Origin: Hyphomicrobiaceae bacterium
GTDB lineage: Bacteria; Pseudomonadota; Alphaproteobacteria; Rhizobiales; Hyphomicrobiaceae
Direction of reading: 5' to 3'
Assembly: GCA_044868325.1 (NCBI GenBank)
Contig: JBIOWI010000354.1
Location: 1-60,602 of the forward strand
Length of the DNA: 60,602 nt
Positions 1-8,937 of this stretch are shown here, piece after piece; the stretch's first letter is position 1; every line of letters begins with the position of its first letter. Under the pieces are notes generated by a model. The model was not told the origin of the DNA, did not search any database, and saw only the letters and a program-made list of their open reading frames with translations. Made by a program: the position numbers and the translations under genes.

Positions 1-223
1 GGCCAGGGGCAACGATGTTGAGATGCTCGACCTCAAGGTGGTCTACGCCAACGGGGCGCCCGACGACATCCCGGTGCGCGCCATGATTCGGCAGGGCACG
101 CGCACGCGCCCGCTCGATCTGCGCGGCTGGGAGCGCTCGATCCGCCAGATCGACATGATCTACCGCAAGCCGCTGAATTTCCGCGGCTCGGCGACGGTCT
201 GTGCAGAGGGGCGCGAGAGCTGA
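1..223 (+). CDS. 3' end of a gene starting upstream of the window (hypothetical protein)
   Basis: The frame is open from nt 2 to the TGA at 221-223. Amino-acid composition looks natural. A hairpin plus T-run follows. Confidence 0.4.
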   Translation, partial: ARGNDVEMLDLKVVYANGAPDDIPVRAMIRQGTRTRPLDLRGWERSIRQIDMIYRKPLNFRGSATVCAEGRES

Positions 224-258
224 CGGCGCGTCAGCCGAATCCAAAAAGATGGAGAGAG

Positions 259-285
259 GAGGGCCGCTGCGGCCCTCTTTTCTTT
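259..285 (+). terminator. Rho-independent terminator
   Basis: Stem GAGGGCCG / CGGCCCTC with a 3-nt loop, followed by TTTTCTTT. Confidence 0.6.
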
Positions 286-593
286 GTGTTCCCTGCAAGC
301 GTCCTTGGGTTGTACCCGGGTTGTACTGGCGCATCCGGCGCGCAGCCGGTATCGTCAGCGCAGCGCATTTCATCGCCGGATTGCGTTCGATTTTCGCCAC
401 ACACGGGGGCATTCAGCGTGAACAATCCTTCATCCCCAGCGCCGTGCGACGGTTCACCCCTCGCCGTCGCGTTCATCGACCAGGCCGCGGGGTGCGCCCA
501 TGCGCTCCCGAGCGGCGATCCGCGAGGCAGGGGTCCGAAGAGACAATGCAGAAGCACCACGCGACCGAGGGCCGCGCCGCCGAAGGATCGCTC

Positions 594-1997
594 ATGATGA
601 AGCTCCTGAGGCGGCTCCTGGCGCTGGCGCTCCTGGCGGGGCTTGCGGGCGTGGTCATCTACGCCTCGTCGCTGCCGTCCGTGCAGAAGCAGTTCACCGG
701 CCGGCGCGCCGCCAAGATGGCGGGCGAGGGGCCGGTCCCCGTCACGGCCGCACAGGCGCGGATTGGCGACGTGCCGGTCTATCTCGAAGGCGTCGGCACG
801 GCCAAGGCGCGCAACACCGTCACGGTGCGACCGCAGGTCGATGGGCGCATCCTGAGCATCAACTTCAAGGAGGGCCAGGACGTGAAGCGCGGCGACGTGC
901 TGGCCATGATCGATCCCTCCACCTACCAGGCCCAGCTCGACCAGGCGAACGCCAAGAAGGTGCTGGACGAGGCAGAGCTGGCCAACGCCCAGCGCGACCT
1001 GGAGCGCTACACCAAGCTCGGCGCCAACATCATCGCCCAGAAGACCATCGACACCCAGCTGGCCACGGTCGAGAAGCTCACCGCCCAGATCAAGCTGGAC
1101 GAGGCGGCCATCGCCAACGCCAAGGCGTTCCTCGCCTACACCACCATCGTCGCTCCCATCGACGGCCGCACCGGCATCCGCATGGTCGACGAGGGCAACC
1201 TGGTGCGGGCCAGCGACGCGGGCATCGTCGTCATCACCGAGTTAAAGCCGGTCAGCGTGCTGTTCACGCTGCCGCAGCAGCAGCTCGCCCAAGTGCAGAA
1301 GGCGCAAGCCAAGGGCGTGCTGGCCGTGGAGGCGCTCGACTCCGACGGCAAGGTCACGCTCGACCGCGGCACCCTGCAGGTGGTGGACAACCAGGTCGAC
1401 CCGGCCACCGGCACGGTCAGGATGAAGGCGGAGTTTCCCAACGCCAGCCTGCAGCTGTGGCCCGGACAGTTCGTCAACATCCGGCTGCTCATCGATACGC
1501 TGCAGCAGGTCGTGACGATCCCCACCCCGGCCGTGCAGAGAGGACCGAACGGCACCTTCGCCTACGTCGTGGGCGCCGAGGACCGGGTGAGCCTGCGGCC
1601 GATCGCGGTAGCCCATCAGTCCGAGACGCAGGCCGTGATCGCGCGCGGCATCGGCGCCAGCGACCGGGTCGTCACCACCGGCTTCTCACGCCTCAAGGAC
1701 GGCGCCAACGTCTCGGTGGCGCCGCCGGAGGAGCAGTCGCCTGCCGCCGACGCCCCCGCCGCGGCTTCTGCCAAGGGCGGCGCGCGCGCGGCCAGCTTCC
1801 GGGCGGCCTGCGCCGCCGACATCGAGAAGCACTGCGGCAACGTGGAGCGCAACAGGAGCGCCATCCGCGCCTGCCTGCAAGCCAGCGCGCCAAAGCTCTC
1901 GGAGGAGTGCAAGGCGGCGGCCGCAAGGTTGGGCGAGGCCAACGGCAACGGCCGCTCCAACGCCGTGCGCAAGGCGGAAGGCGCCGCCAAGGAATGA
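594..1997 (+). CDS. mdtA: RND efflux membrane-fusion (periplasmic adaptor) protein, MdtA-like, with an extra C-terminal Cys-rich tail
   Basis: N-terminal anchor MMKLLRRLLALALLAGLAGVVIY, then HlyD/MFP-type sequence (coiled-coil QAQLDQANAKK..., barrel regions). AAGGA sits 6 nt before ATG 594; ATG 546 is an alternative start. The stop overlaps the next start (ATGA). Confidence 0.85.
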   Translation: MMKLLRRLLALALLAGLAGVVIYASSLPSVQKQFTGRRAAKMAGEGPVPVTAAQARIGDVPVYLEGVGTAKARNTVTVRPQVDGRILSINFKEGQDVKRGDVLAMIDPSTYQAQLDQANAKKVLDEAELANAQRDLERYTKLGANIIAQKTIDTQLATVEKLTAQIKLDEAAIANAKAFLAYTTIVAPIDGRTGIRMVDEGNLVRASDAGIVVITELKPVSVLFTLPQQQLAQVQKAQAKGVLAVEALDSDGKVTLDRGTLQVVDNQVDPATGTVRMKAEFPNASLQLWPGQFVNIRLLIDTLQQVVTIPTPAVQRGPNGTFAYVVGAEDRVSLRPIAVAHQSETQAVIARGIGASDRVVTTGFSRLKDGANVSVAPPEEQSPAADAPAAASAKGGARAASFRAACAADIEKHCGNVERNRSAIRACLQASAPKLSEECKAAAARLGEANGNGRSNAVRKAEGAAKE

Positions 1998-4900
1998 GCG
2001 CCGCCTTCAGCGTCTCGGGGCCGTTCGTCGCCCGCCCCATCGCCACCGCCCTGCTCACCCTCGCCATCGCGCTAGGCGGGCTGCTGGGTTACGCATGGCT
2101 GCCGGTCTCGTCGCTGCCGCAGGTGGACTTTCCCACCATCCAGGTCACCACTCAGCTGCCCGGCGCCAACCCCGAGACCATGGGCAACCTGGTGACGGCG
2201 CCACTGGAGCGCCAGCTCGGGCAGATCCCGGCGCTGACCTCGATGACCTCCACGTCGTCCTACGGCATCAGCCAGATCACCCTCCAGTTCAGCCTCAACC
2301 GCGACATCGACGCCGCCGCCCAGGACGTGCAGGCCGCCATCAACGCCGCCGGCTCCACGCTGCCGCGCACGCTCCCCTACCCGCCCACCTACGCCAAGCT
2401 GAACCCGGCCGATGCGCCGATCATCACTCTGGCGCTGACCTCCGAGACCGTGCCGCTGCGCGCGCTCTCCGACCTCGCCGACACGCTGATGGCGCAGCGG
2501 CTCGCCTCGGTGTCGGGGGTCGGCCACGTGTCGGTGCAGGGCGGCATCAAGCCGGCGGTGCGCATCCAGGCGGACATCGCCCGGCTTGCCTCCTACGGGC
2601 TCAGCATGGCCGACGTCAGATCGGCCATTGCCTCCGCCAACCAGTCGGGGCCCAAGGGCTCGCTCGACGGCAAGTATCAGTTCTACACCATCTCCTCCAA
2701 CGATCAGATCACCAACGCCGAGGCCTACAAGGAGGTGATCGTCGCCTATCGCAACAACGCGCCGGTGCTGCTCAAGGACGTGGCCCAGGTCGTGGACGGG
2801 CTGGAGAACAACAAGGTGGGCGGCTGGTTCCAGGACGTGCCCGCCGTCGTCCTCGACGTCCACCGCCAGCCCGGCGCCAACGTGATCGAGACGGTCCAGC
2901 GCATCAAGGCCGAGTTGCCGCGCATCGAGCGGGCCGTGCCGACGGGCGTGAGGCTCACCGTGGTCAGCGACCGCACCGGCACCATCCGCGCCTCCGTGCA
3001 AGACGTGCAGTTCACCCTCGTGCTCAGCGTGGCCCTGGTCGTGCTGGTCGTGCTCCTGTTCCTGCGCACCATCCGCGCCACCGTCATCGCCGGCATCACG
3101 CTGCCCGTATCGCTGATCGCCACCTTCGGCGTGATGTGGTTCTGCGACTTCTCGCTCAACAACCTGTCGCTGATGGCGCTCACCATCGCCACCGGCTTCG
3201 TGGTGGACGACGCCATCGTCATGATCGAGAACATCGTGCGCCACATGGAGAACGGCGAGCGGCCGATGCAGGCCGCGCTCAAGGGTGCGCGCGAGATCGG
3301 CTTCACCGTCATATCGCTGACGCTGTCGCTGGTCGCTGTCTTCATCCCGCTGCTGTTCATGAGCGGCCTGGTGGGCCGCATGTTCCGCGAGTTCGCGCTC
3401 ACGCTGACCATCGCGGTCGTCGTCTCGGCCGTCGTCTCGCTGACGCTTACGCCGATGATGTGCTCGCGCCTCCTGCGCCACAAGGGCGGCGAGGGCCGGC
3501 CTGGCTGGATCGCGCGGCTCTTCGACGGCTCGATGAATCTCGTCGTGAGGGGCTACCACCGCAGCCTGCTGTGGGTGCTGCGCCACGAGCGGGCCACACT
3601 GGTCGTGACGCTCGCGACGCTGCTGATGACGATCGGGCTCTACCTGGTCGTGCCCAAGGGCTTCCTGCCGCTGCAGGACACCGGGCTCGTCACCGCCGTG
3701 ATGGAGGCCGGCCCGGAGGTCTCCTTCGCCGAGATGCAGCGGCTGCAGAACGACATCGCCGACAAGCTCCGCAATGACTCCGATGTGGAGGGTGTGGTCT
3801 CCGTGGTGGGCGTGAGCGCCCTCAACCCCACGCCCAACACCGGGCACCTGAAGATCATGCTGAAGCCCCGCAACCAGCGCACCACCCACGTCTCCCAGAT
3901 CGTCTCGCGCCTGCAGGGCGCCGTCTCCGGCGTGCCGGGCATGACGGTCTACTTCCAGCCTATCCAGGACGTGCAGATCTCGACGCGATCGAGCCGGGCG
4001 CAGTTCCAGTACACGCTGGTGGCCGCCAGCTCGGAGGAGGTCTCGCGCTGGTCGGCACGGCTGGTCGAGAAGCTGCGCAACTCACCGGTGCTGCGCGAGG
4101 TGGTGTCGGAGGCCCAGGACGGGGGCTTGCGCGCCTTCGTCAGGGTGGACCGGGAGACCGCGGGACGCCTCGGCGTGTCCATGCAGGCCGTCAACGATGC
4201 GCTCAACGACGCCTTCGGCCAGCGCCAGATCTCCACCATCTACGCGCAAGCCAACCAGTATCGCGTGGTGCTGGAGGCCATGGACCGGTACCAGAGCGAC
4301 CCCTCCGCACTGTCGCGCGTTTATGTGCCCTCCAGCGCCGGCGCCCAGGTGCCGCTCAGCTCCGTGGCGAGCGTCGAGCGGCGCACTGCGCCGCTGGTCA
4401 TCCAGCACCAGGACCAGTTCCCCGCCGTCACCGTCAGCTTCAACCTGGCGCCCGGCGCCTCGCTCAGCGACGCGGTCGAGGCCATCGCCGCGGGCGAGCG
4501 CGAGATCGAGATGCCCGCCGCCGTCGCCGGCGTCTTCTCCGGCGACGCCCTGGAGTTCACGCGCTCGCTCGCCACCCAGCCGTGGCTGATCCTGGCCGCC
4601 GTCATCACCATCTACATCGTGCTGGGCGTGCTCTACGAGAGCTTCGTCCACCCCGTCACGATCCTCACCACGCTCCCCTCGGCCGGCATCGGCGCGCTGC
4701 TGGCGCTGATGTACATGGGGCTCGACTTCTCGTTCGTGGCCCTCATCGGCATCGTGCTGCTGATGGGCATCGTCAAGAAGAACGCGATTCTGATGATCGA
4801 CTTCGCGCTCGACGCCGAGCGCATGCGCGGGCTCTCCCCGCGGGAGTCGATCGTGGAGGCCTCGCTGCTCCGCTTCCGCCCTATCATGATGACCACACTG

Positions 4901-5140
4901 GCCGCCCTGTTCGGCGCGCTGCCGCTGGCGCTGGAGGCCGGCACCGGCTCGGAGCTGAGGAACCCGCTCGGCGTCACCATCGTCGGCGGGCTCCTGCTGA
5001 GCCAGCTGCTCACGCTCTACACCACGCCCGTGATCTACCTCGCCATGGAGCGGCTGCGCGCCCGTCTGGCGCCCGTTGCATCGCACGCCGAGCCCGAGGC
5101 CGCGACTGCAGCGGCCGGCTACCCCAAGCCGGCGGAGTAG
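1994..5140 (+). CDS. mdtB: RND multidrug efflux permease, MdtB-like
   Basis: 1048-aa AcrB/MdtB-type sequence. The N-terminus MSAAFSVSGPFVARPIATALLTL, the large periplasmic loops and the 12-TM pattern are typical. Confidence 0.9.
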   Translation: MSAAFSVSGPFVARPIATALLTLAIALGGLLGYAWLPVSSLPQVDFPTIQVTTQLPGANPETMGNLVTAPLERQLGQIPALTSMTSTSSYGISQITLQFSLNRDIDAAAQDVQAAINAAGSTLPRTLPYPPTYAKLNPADAPIITLALTSETVPLRALSDLADTLMAQRLASVSGVGHVSVQGGIKPAVRIQADIARLASYGLSMADVRSAIASANQSGPKGSLDGKYQFYTISSNDQITNAEAYKEVIVAYRNNAPVLLKDVAQVVDGLENNKVGGWFQDVPAVVLDVHRQPGANVIETVQRIKAELPRIERAVPTGVRLTVVSDRTGTIRASVQDVQFTLVLSVALVVLVVLLFLRTIRATVIAGITLPVSLIATFGVMWFCDFSLNNLSLMALTIATGFVVDDAIVMIENIVRHMENGERPMQAALKGAREIGFTVISLTLSLVAVFIPLLFMSGLVGRMFREFALTLTIAVVVSAVVSLTLTPMMCSRLLRHKGGEGRPGWIARLFDGSMNLVVRGYHRSLLWVLRHERATLVVTLATLLMTIGLYLVVPKGFLPLQDTGLVTAVMEAGPEVSFAEMQRLQNDIADKLRNDSDVEGVVSVVGVSALNPTPNTGHLKIMLKPRNQRTTHVSQIVSRLQGAVSGVPGMTVYFQPIQDVQISTRSSRAQFQYTLVAASSEEVSRWSARLVEKLRNSPVLREVVSEAQDGGLRAFVRVDRETAGRLGVSMQAVNDALNDAFGQRQISTIYAQANQYRVVLEAMDRYQSDPSALSRVYVPSSAGAQVPLSSVASVERRTAPLVIQHQDQFPAVTVSFNLAPGASLSDAVEAIAAGEREIEMPAAVAGVFSGDALEFTRSLATQPWLILAAVITIYIVLGVLYESFVHPVTILTTLPSAGIGALLALMYMGLDFSFVALIGIVLLMGIVKKNAILMIDFALDAERMRGLSPRESIVEASLLRFRPIMMTTLAALFGALPLALEAGTGSELRNPLGVTIVGGLLLSQLLTLYTTPVIYLAMERLRARLAPVASHAEPEAATAAAGYPKPAE

Positions 5141-5144
5141 GCGC

Positions 5145-8100
5145 ATGAGCTTCTCGCGGCCCTTCATCGAACGGCCGATCGGCACCACGCTTCTCGCCGT
5201 CGGCCTGTTCCTCGTCGGCGTCGTGGCCTACTTCAGCCTGCCGGTGGCGAGTCTGCCGTCCGTCCAGTTCCCCACCATCCGCGTGGTCGCCACCCTGCCC
5301 GGCGGCGACCCGGAGACGATGGCCTCGCGCGTGGCCGCCCCGCTGGAGCGGCGCCTCGGCGAGATCCCCGGCGTCAGCGAGCTGACCTCCGTCAACGGGC
5401 TCGGCTCCACCCGCATCACCGTGCAATTCAACCCCTCCCGCAACATCGTAGGGGCCGCTCAGGACGTGCAGGCGGCAATCAATGCGGCGATGGCGGACCT
5501 GCCGGCCGACATGCCCTCGCTGCCGAGCTTCCGCAAGGCCAACCCCGCCGCCGCGCCGATCCTGATCCTGGCGCTCACGTCCAAGACCCTGCCGCCGGAC
5601 AAGCTCTACGACGTGGCCGACACGGTGATCGTGCAGCGGCTCTCGCAGGTGGAGGGTGTGGCGGAGGTGACAGCCGCCGGCGCCGAGCAGCCCGCCGTGC
5701 GGGTGCGCGTCAACCCCATGCTGCTCTCTTCCATGGGGCTCAGCATCGACGCCGTGCGCACGGCCCTGGTGCAGGCCAATGCGCTGGCCCCGCTCGGCTT
5801 CATCGAGGGCGCCAAGCAGGCGATCGCCATCGAGACCAACGCCCAGCTCGGCATGAGCGTCGAGGACTACAAGACGATCGCCATCAAGACGGTGAAGGGC
5901 GACGTGGTGCGGCTGGGGGCGGTGGCCGAGGTGATGCAAGCCACGCGCAACTCGCGCTCGGCCGCCAGCTTCAACGGCCAGCCAGCGATCATCCTCACCG
6001 TCACCAAGAGCGAGGACGGCAACGTTCTCGACACGGTGGACCGCATCCACGCCCTCCTGCCCGCGGTGAGGCGCATGATCCCCGAGGGCATCGACATCTC
6101 GGTGCTGTCCGACCGCACCACCACGCTGCGCGCCAGCGTCCACGACATGCAGATCACGCTCGGCCTGTCGGTCGTGCTCGTGATGCTGGTGGTCTACCTG
6201 TTCCTGCGGCAGCCCACGCCCACCATCGCCGCCGGCGTCACCGTGCCCCTGTCGCTCGCCGGCACCTGCGCGCTCATGTGGGCGGCCGGGTTCTCCGTCA
6301 ACAATCTCACCCTCATGGCGCTCGCCGTCTCGGTCGGCTTCGTCGTGGACGACGCCATCGTCATGATCGAGAACATGTTCCGCAACCTGGAGCGAGGCAT
6401 GGCGCCGCTCGGGGCGGCGCTGGAAGGCGCGCGCCAGATCGGGTTCACGGTGATCGCCATCGGCGTATCGCTGATCGCCGCCTTCATCCCGCTGCTGTTC
6501 AACAGCAACGCCCAGGGCCGCTTCCTGCGCGAGTTCTCGGTGACGCTGGCCTTCGCCGTGGCCGTCTCCACCGTGGTCTCACTCACCGTGACGCCCATGA
6601 TCTGCGCGCACTTCCTGCGCCACACCCACGCCGGGCAGGCCGGCCGCCTCGACCGCATCGTCGAGGGGACGATGGACTGGGCCACACGCGCCTACGCAGC
6701 CACCCTCGGCATCGCGCTGCGCCACCGCTTCCTCACCATACTGGTCATGCTGGCCACGGTGGCCGCCACCGCGAACCTCTACATCAAGACGCCGAAGGGC
6801 AACTTCCCGCAGGACGACACCGGCCTCGTCATCGCCTCCACCCAGGCCGCCACCGACATCTCGTTCGAGGCCATGGCCAAGCTGCAGCAGCAGGCCCTGG
6901 AGCTTGTGATGACCGACCCGGCCGTCGCCAGCGTCGGCTCCTCGGTGGGTGCCTCGGGCTGGAACGCCTCGGTCAACCAGGGGCGCATGTTCATCTCGCT
7001 GAAGCCGCTGAAGGAGCGCGGCGGGCTCACCACCCAGCGCGTCATCAACCGCCTGCGCATAGCGCTCTCCGACATCCAGGGTCTCTCCACCTACTTCTTC
7101 GCCGCCCGCGATATCCGCGGCGGCGGCCGGCAGGGCCGGGCGGAATACCAGTTCACGTTCTGGAGCCCCGATTTCGAGGACCTCTACGCCTGGGTGCCCA
7201 AGGTGGTGGACAAGCTCAAGGAGGTGCCGGGGCTCGTCGACGTCTCCACCGACCGCGAGACCGGCGGCCTGCAGGCCAGCATCTCCGTCAACCGCCAGGC
7301 CGCGGCGCGGCTCGGCGTGAAGATCGAGGCCATCAACGCCGCGCTCAACAACGCCTTCTCGCAGCGCCAGGTCGCGATCCTCTACACCGACCGCAACCAG
7401 TACCGCGTGATCCTGGAGGTAGACCCGCGCTACCAGCGCGACCCGTCCGACCTCAGCCGCCTCTACGTGCCCGGCCGCGACGGCGTGCAGGTGCCGCTGT
7501 CGAGCCTCGTCACCGTCACGCGCACGCTGGCCCCGCTGGTGGTGAACCACCAGGGGCCGTTCCCCGCCGTCACCATCAACTACGGCGTGGCCCCCGACTT
7601 CCCGCTGGCCGAGGCCCAGGAGGCCATCCGCCGCGCCGTGGCGGAGCTGAGGATGCCGGACTCCATCCGTGCCGAGGCCGCGGGCGACGCCCGGGCCTTC
7701 GAGCAGCAGGCGGGCATGCAGGGCCTGCTGATCCTGGCCGCGCTCGTTGCCGTCTATATCGTGCTGGGCGTGCTCTACGAGAGCCTAGCGCATCCCTTGA
7801 CGATCATCTCGACACTGCCCGCCGCCGGGCTCGGGGCGCTGGTGGCGCTGCGGCTGTGGGACATGGAGCTCACCGTCATCGCCTTCATCGGCATCATCCT
7901 CTTGATCGGCATCGTCAAGAAGAACGGCATCATGATGGTGGACTTCGCTCTCGAAGCCGAGCGCGAGCGCGGCCTCGACGCGGCGCGCGCCATCTACGAG
8001 GCATGCCTTGCCCGCTTCCGGCCCATCATGATGACCACCTTCGCGGCCATCCTGGGCGCCATGCCGCTCGCCATCGCCGTCGGCCCCGGCTCGGAGCTGC

Positions 8101-8252
8101 GCCGGCCGCTCGGCATCACCATCATCGGCGGACTGATCGTCTCCCAGGTGCTCACCCTCTACACCACCCCGGCGATCTACCTCATGCTCGACCGGCTGCA
8201 TCGGCGCCGCGCGCGGGGAGTGGAACCCGGCACAGCGCCGGGCGTTGCCTGA
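5145..8252 (+). CDS. mdtC: RND multidrug efflux permease, MdtC-like
   Basis: 1035-aa AcrB-family paralog (MSFSRPFIERPIGTTLLAVGLF...), starting 4 nt after the mdtB stop. Confidence 0.9.
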   Translation: MSFSRPFIERPIGTTLLAVGLFLVGVVAYFSLPVASLPSVQFPTIRVVATLPGGDPETMASRVAAPLERRLGEIPGVSELTSVNGLGSTRITVQFNPSRNIVGAAQDVQAAINAAMADLPADMPSLPSFRKANPAAAPILILALTSKTLPPDKLYDVADTVIVQRLSQVEGVAEVTAAGAEQPAVRVRVNPMLLSSMGLSIDAVRTALVQANALAPLGFIEGAKQAIAIETNAQLGMSVEDYKTIAIKTVKGDVVRLGAVAEVMQATRNSRSAASFNGQPAIILTVTKSEDGNVLDTVDRIHALLPAVRRMIPEGIDISVLSDRTTTLRASVHDMQITLGLSVVLVMLVVYLFLRQPTPTIAAGVTVPLSLAGTCALMWAAGFSVNNLTLMALAVSVGFVVDDAIVMIENMFRNLERGMAPLGAALEGARQIGFTVIAIGVSLIAAFIPLLFNSNAQGRFLREFSVTLAFAVAVSTVVSLTVTPMICAHFLRHTHAGQAGRLDRIVEGTMDWATRAYAATLGIALRHRFLTILVMLATVAATANLYIKTPKGNFPQDDTGLVIASTQAATDISFEAMAKLQQQALELVMTDPAVASVGSSVGASGWNASVNQGRMFISLKPLKERGGLTTQRVINRLRIALSDIQGLSTYFFAARDIRGGGRQGRAEYQFTFWSPDFEDLYAWVPKVVDKLKEVPGLVDVSTDRETGGLQASISVNRQAAARLGVKIEAINAALNNAFSQRQVAILYTDRNQYRVILEVDPRYQRDPSDLSRLYVPGRDGVQVPLSSLVTVTRTLAPLVVNHQGPFPAVTINYGVAPDFPLAEAQEAIRRAVAELRMPDSIRAEAAGDARAFEQQAGMQGLLILAALVAVYIVLGVLYESLAHPLTIISTLPAAGLGALVALRLWDMELTVIAFIGIILLIGIVKKNGIMMVDFALEAERERGLDAARAIYEACLARFRPIMMTTFAAILGAMPLAIAVGPGSELRRPLGITIIGGLIVSQVLTLYTTPAIYLMLDRLHRRRARGVEPGTAPGVA

Positions 8253-8287
8253 GCGAAGATGGAGCAAAACGGGGCGCCCCGGCACGC

Positions 8288-8611
8288 ATGCAGACCTCCA
8301 CCCAAGAACCACCGCCGCCGGATCCGGCAGGGCCGCAGCCCACGCCGCCGGACGGGCCACGGCTGGCGCTCGCCAGGCGCCGCGTTGCTGCCCTCAAGGG
8401 CTTCTACATCCACCTCTTCGTGTTCGCGATGGTCGTGGCCGGCCTCATCGTCATCAACCTGGCGGCCGGCGGTCCCTGGTGGGTGTTGTGGGTGCTGCTC
8501 GGCTGGGGCATCGGCATCCTCGCCCATGCCGTCACGGTCTTCGGCCGCACCTCCCAGGCCATTGCCGACTGGGAGGAGCGCAAGCTCCGCCAGTTCATGG
8601 CGGAGCGATAA
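8288..8611 (+). CDS. 2TM-domain small membrane protein
   Basis: Pro-rich N-terminus, then two TM helices and the tail WEERKLRQFMAER, as in 2TM-domain proteins. It starts 36 nt after mdtC. Confidence 0.6.
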   Translation: MQTSTQEPPPPDPAGPQPTPPDGPRLALARRRVAALKGFYIHLFVFAMVVAGLIVINLAAGGPWWVLWVLLGWGIGILAHAVTVFGRTSQAIADWEERKLRQFMAER

Positions 8612-8613
8612 AG

Positions 8614-8689
8614 CCAGGTTTCAGGGATCAGGTTTCAGGTTCTTGGAGCCTGATCCCTGAAACCTAGAACCTGAAAACCTGAAACCTGG
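8614..8689. repeat. Long imperfect palindrome built from AGGTTTCAGG units (family B, flavour 1)
   Basis: CCAGGTTTCAGG...CCTGAAACCTGG outer arms with internally repeated arms. It starts 3 nt after the stop of the 2TM gene. A related copy lies at 56262-56339. Confidence 0.85.
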
Positions 8690-8937
8690 CTGGGGCCACA
8701 AAGCTGCCCAGGTCCTGACCCACCTAGGCTTTTCTCGGACCGGCAAGCCCTGGACGCCGCAAGTCGGATGCACACCCGCAGCGGCGGCGAGTCGGGTATC
8801 GGCTCGTCTGATCCGAAGCTGCGACGGGATCGTAGGGCAACGTACCGGCCGTTGAACCTTGCACGGGTTGCCGGCGACAGACACGGGAACCCTGGGGTTA
8901 GGGCGGCTTGAGCGAATGGCATAGCGCGGGGAGCGAC

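Noticed and set aside
2072-3889. 605-aa minus-strand ORF antisense to mdtB, with similar long antisense or off-frame ORFs across mdtB/mdtC (for example 5010-6143 and 6579-7550).
   Set aside because: The composition is dominated by G/R/H/D/A/L runs typical of shadow frames in GC-rich DNA. The plus-strand frame gives a full-length, motif-complete RND permease.
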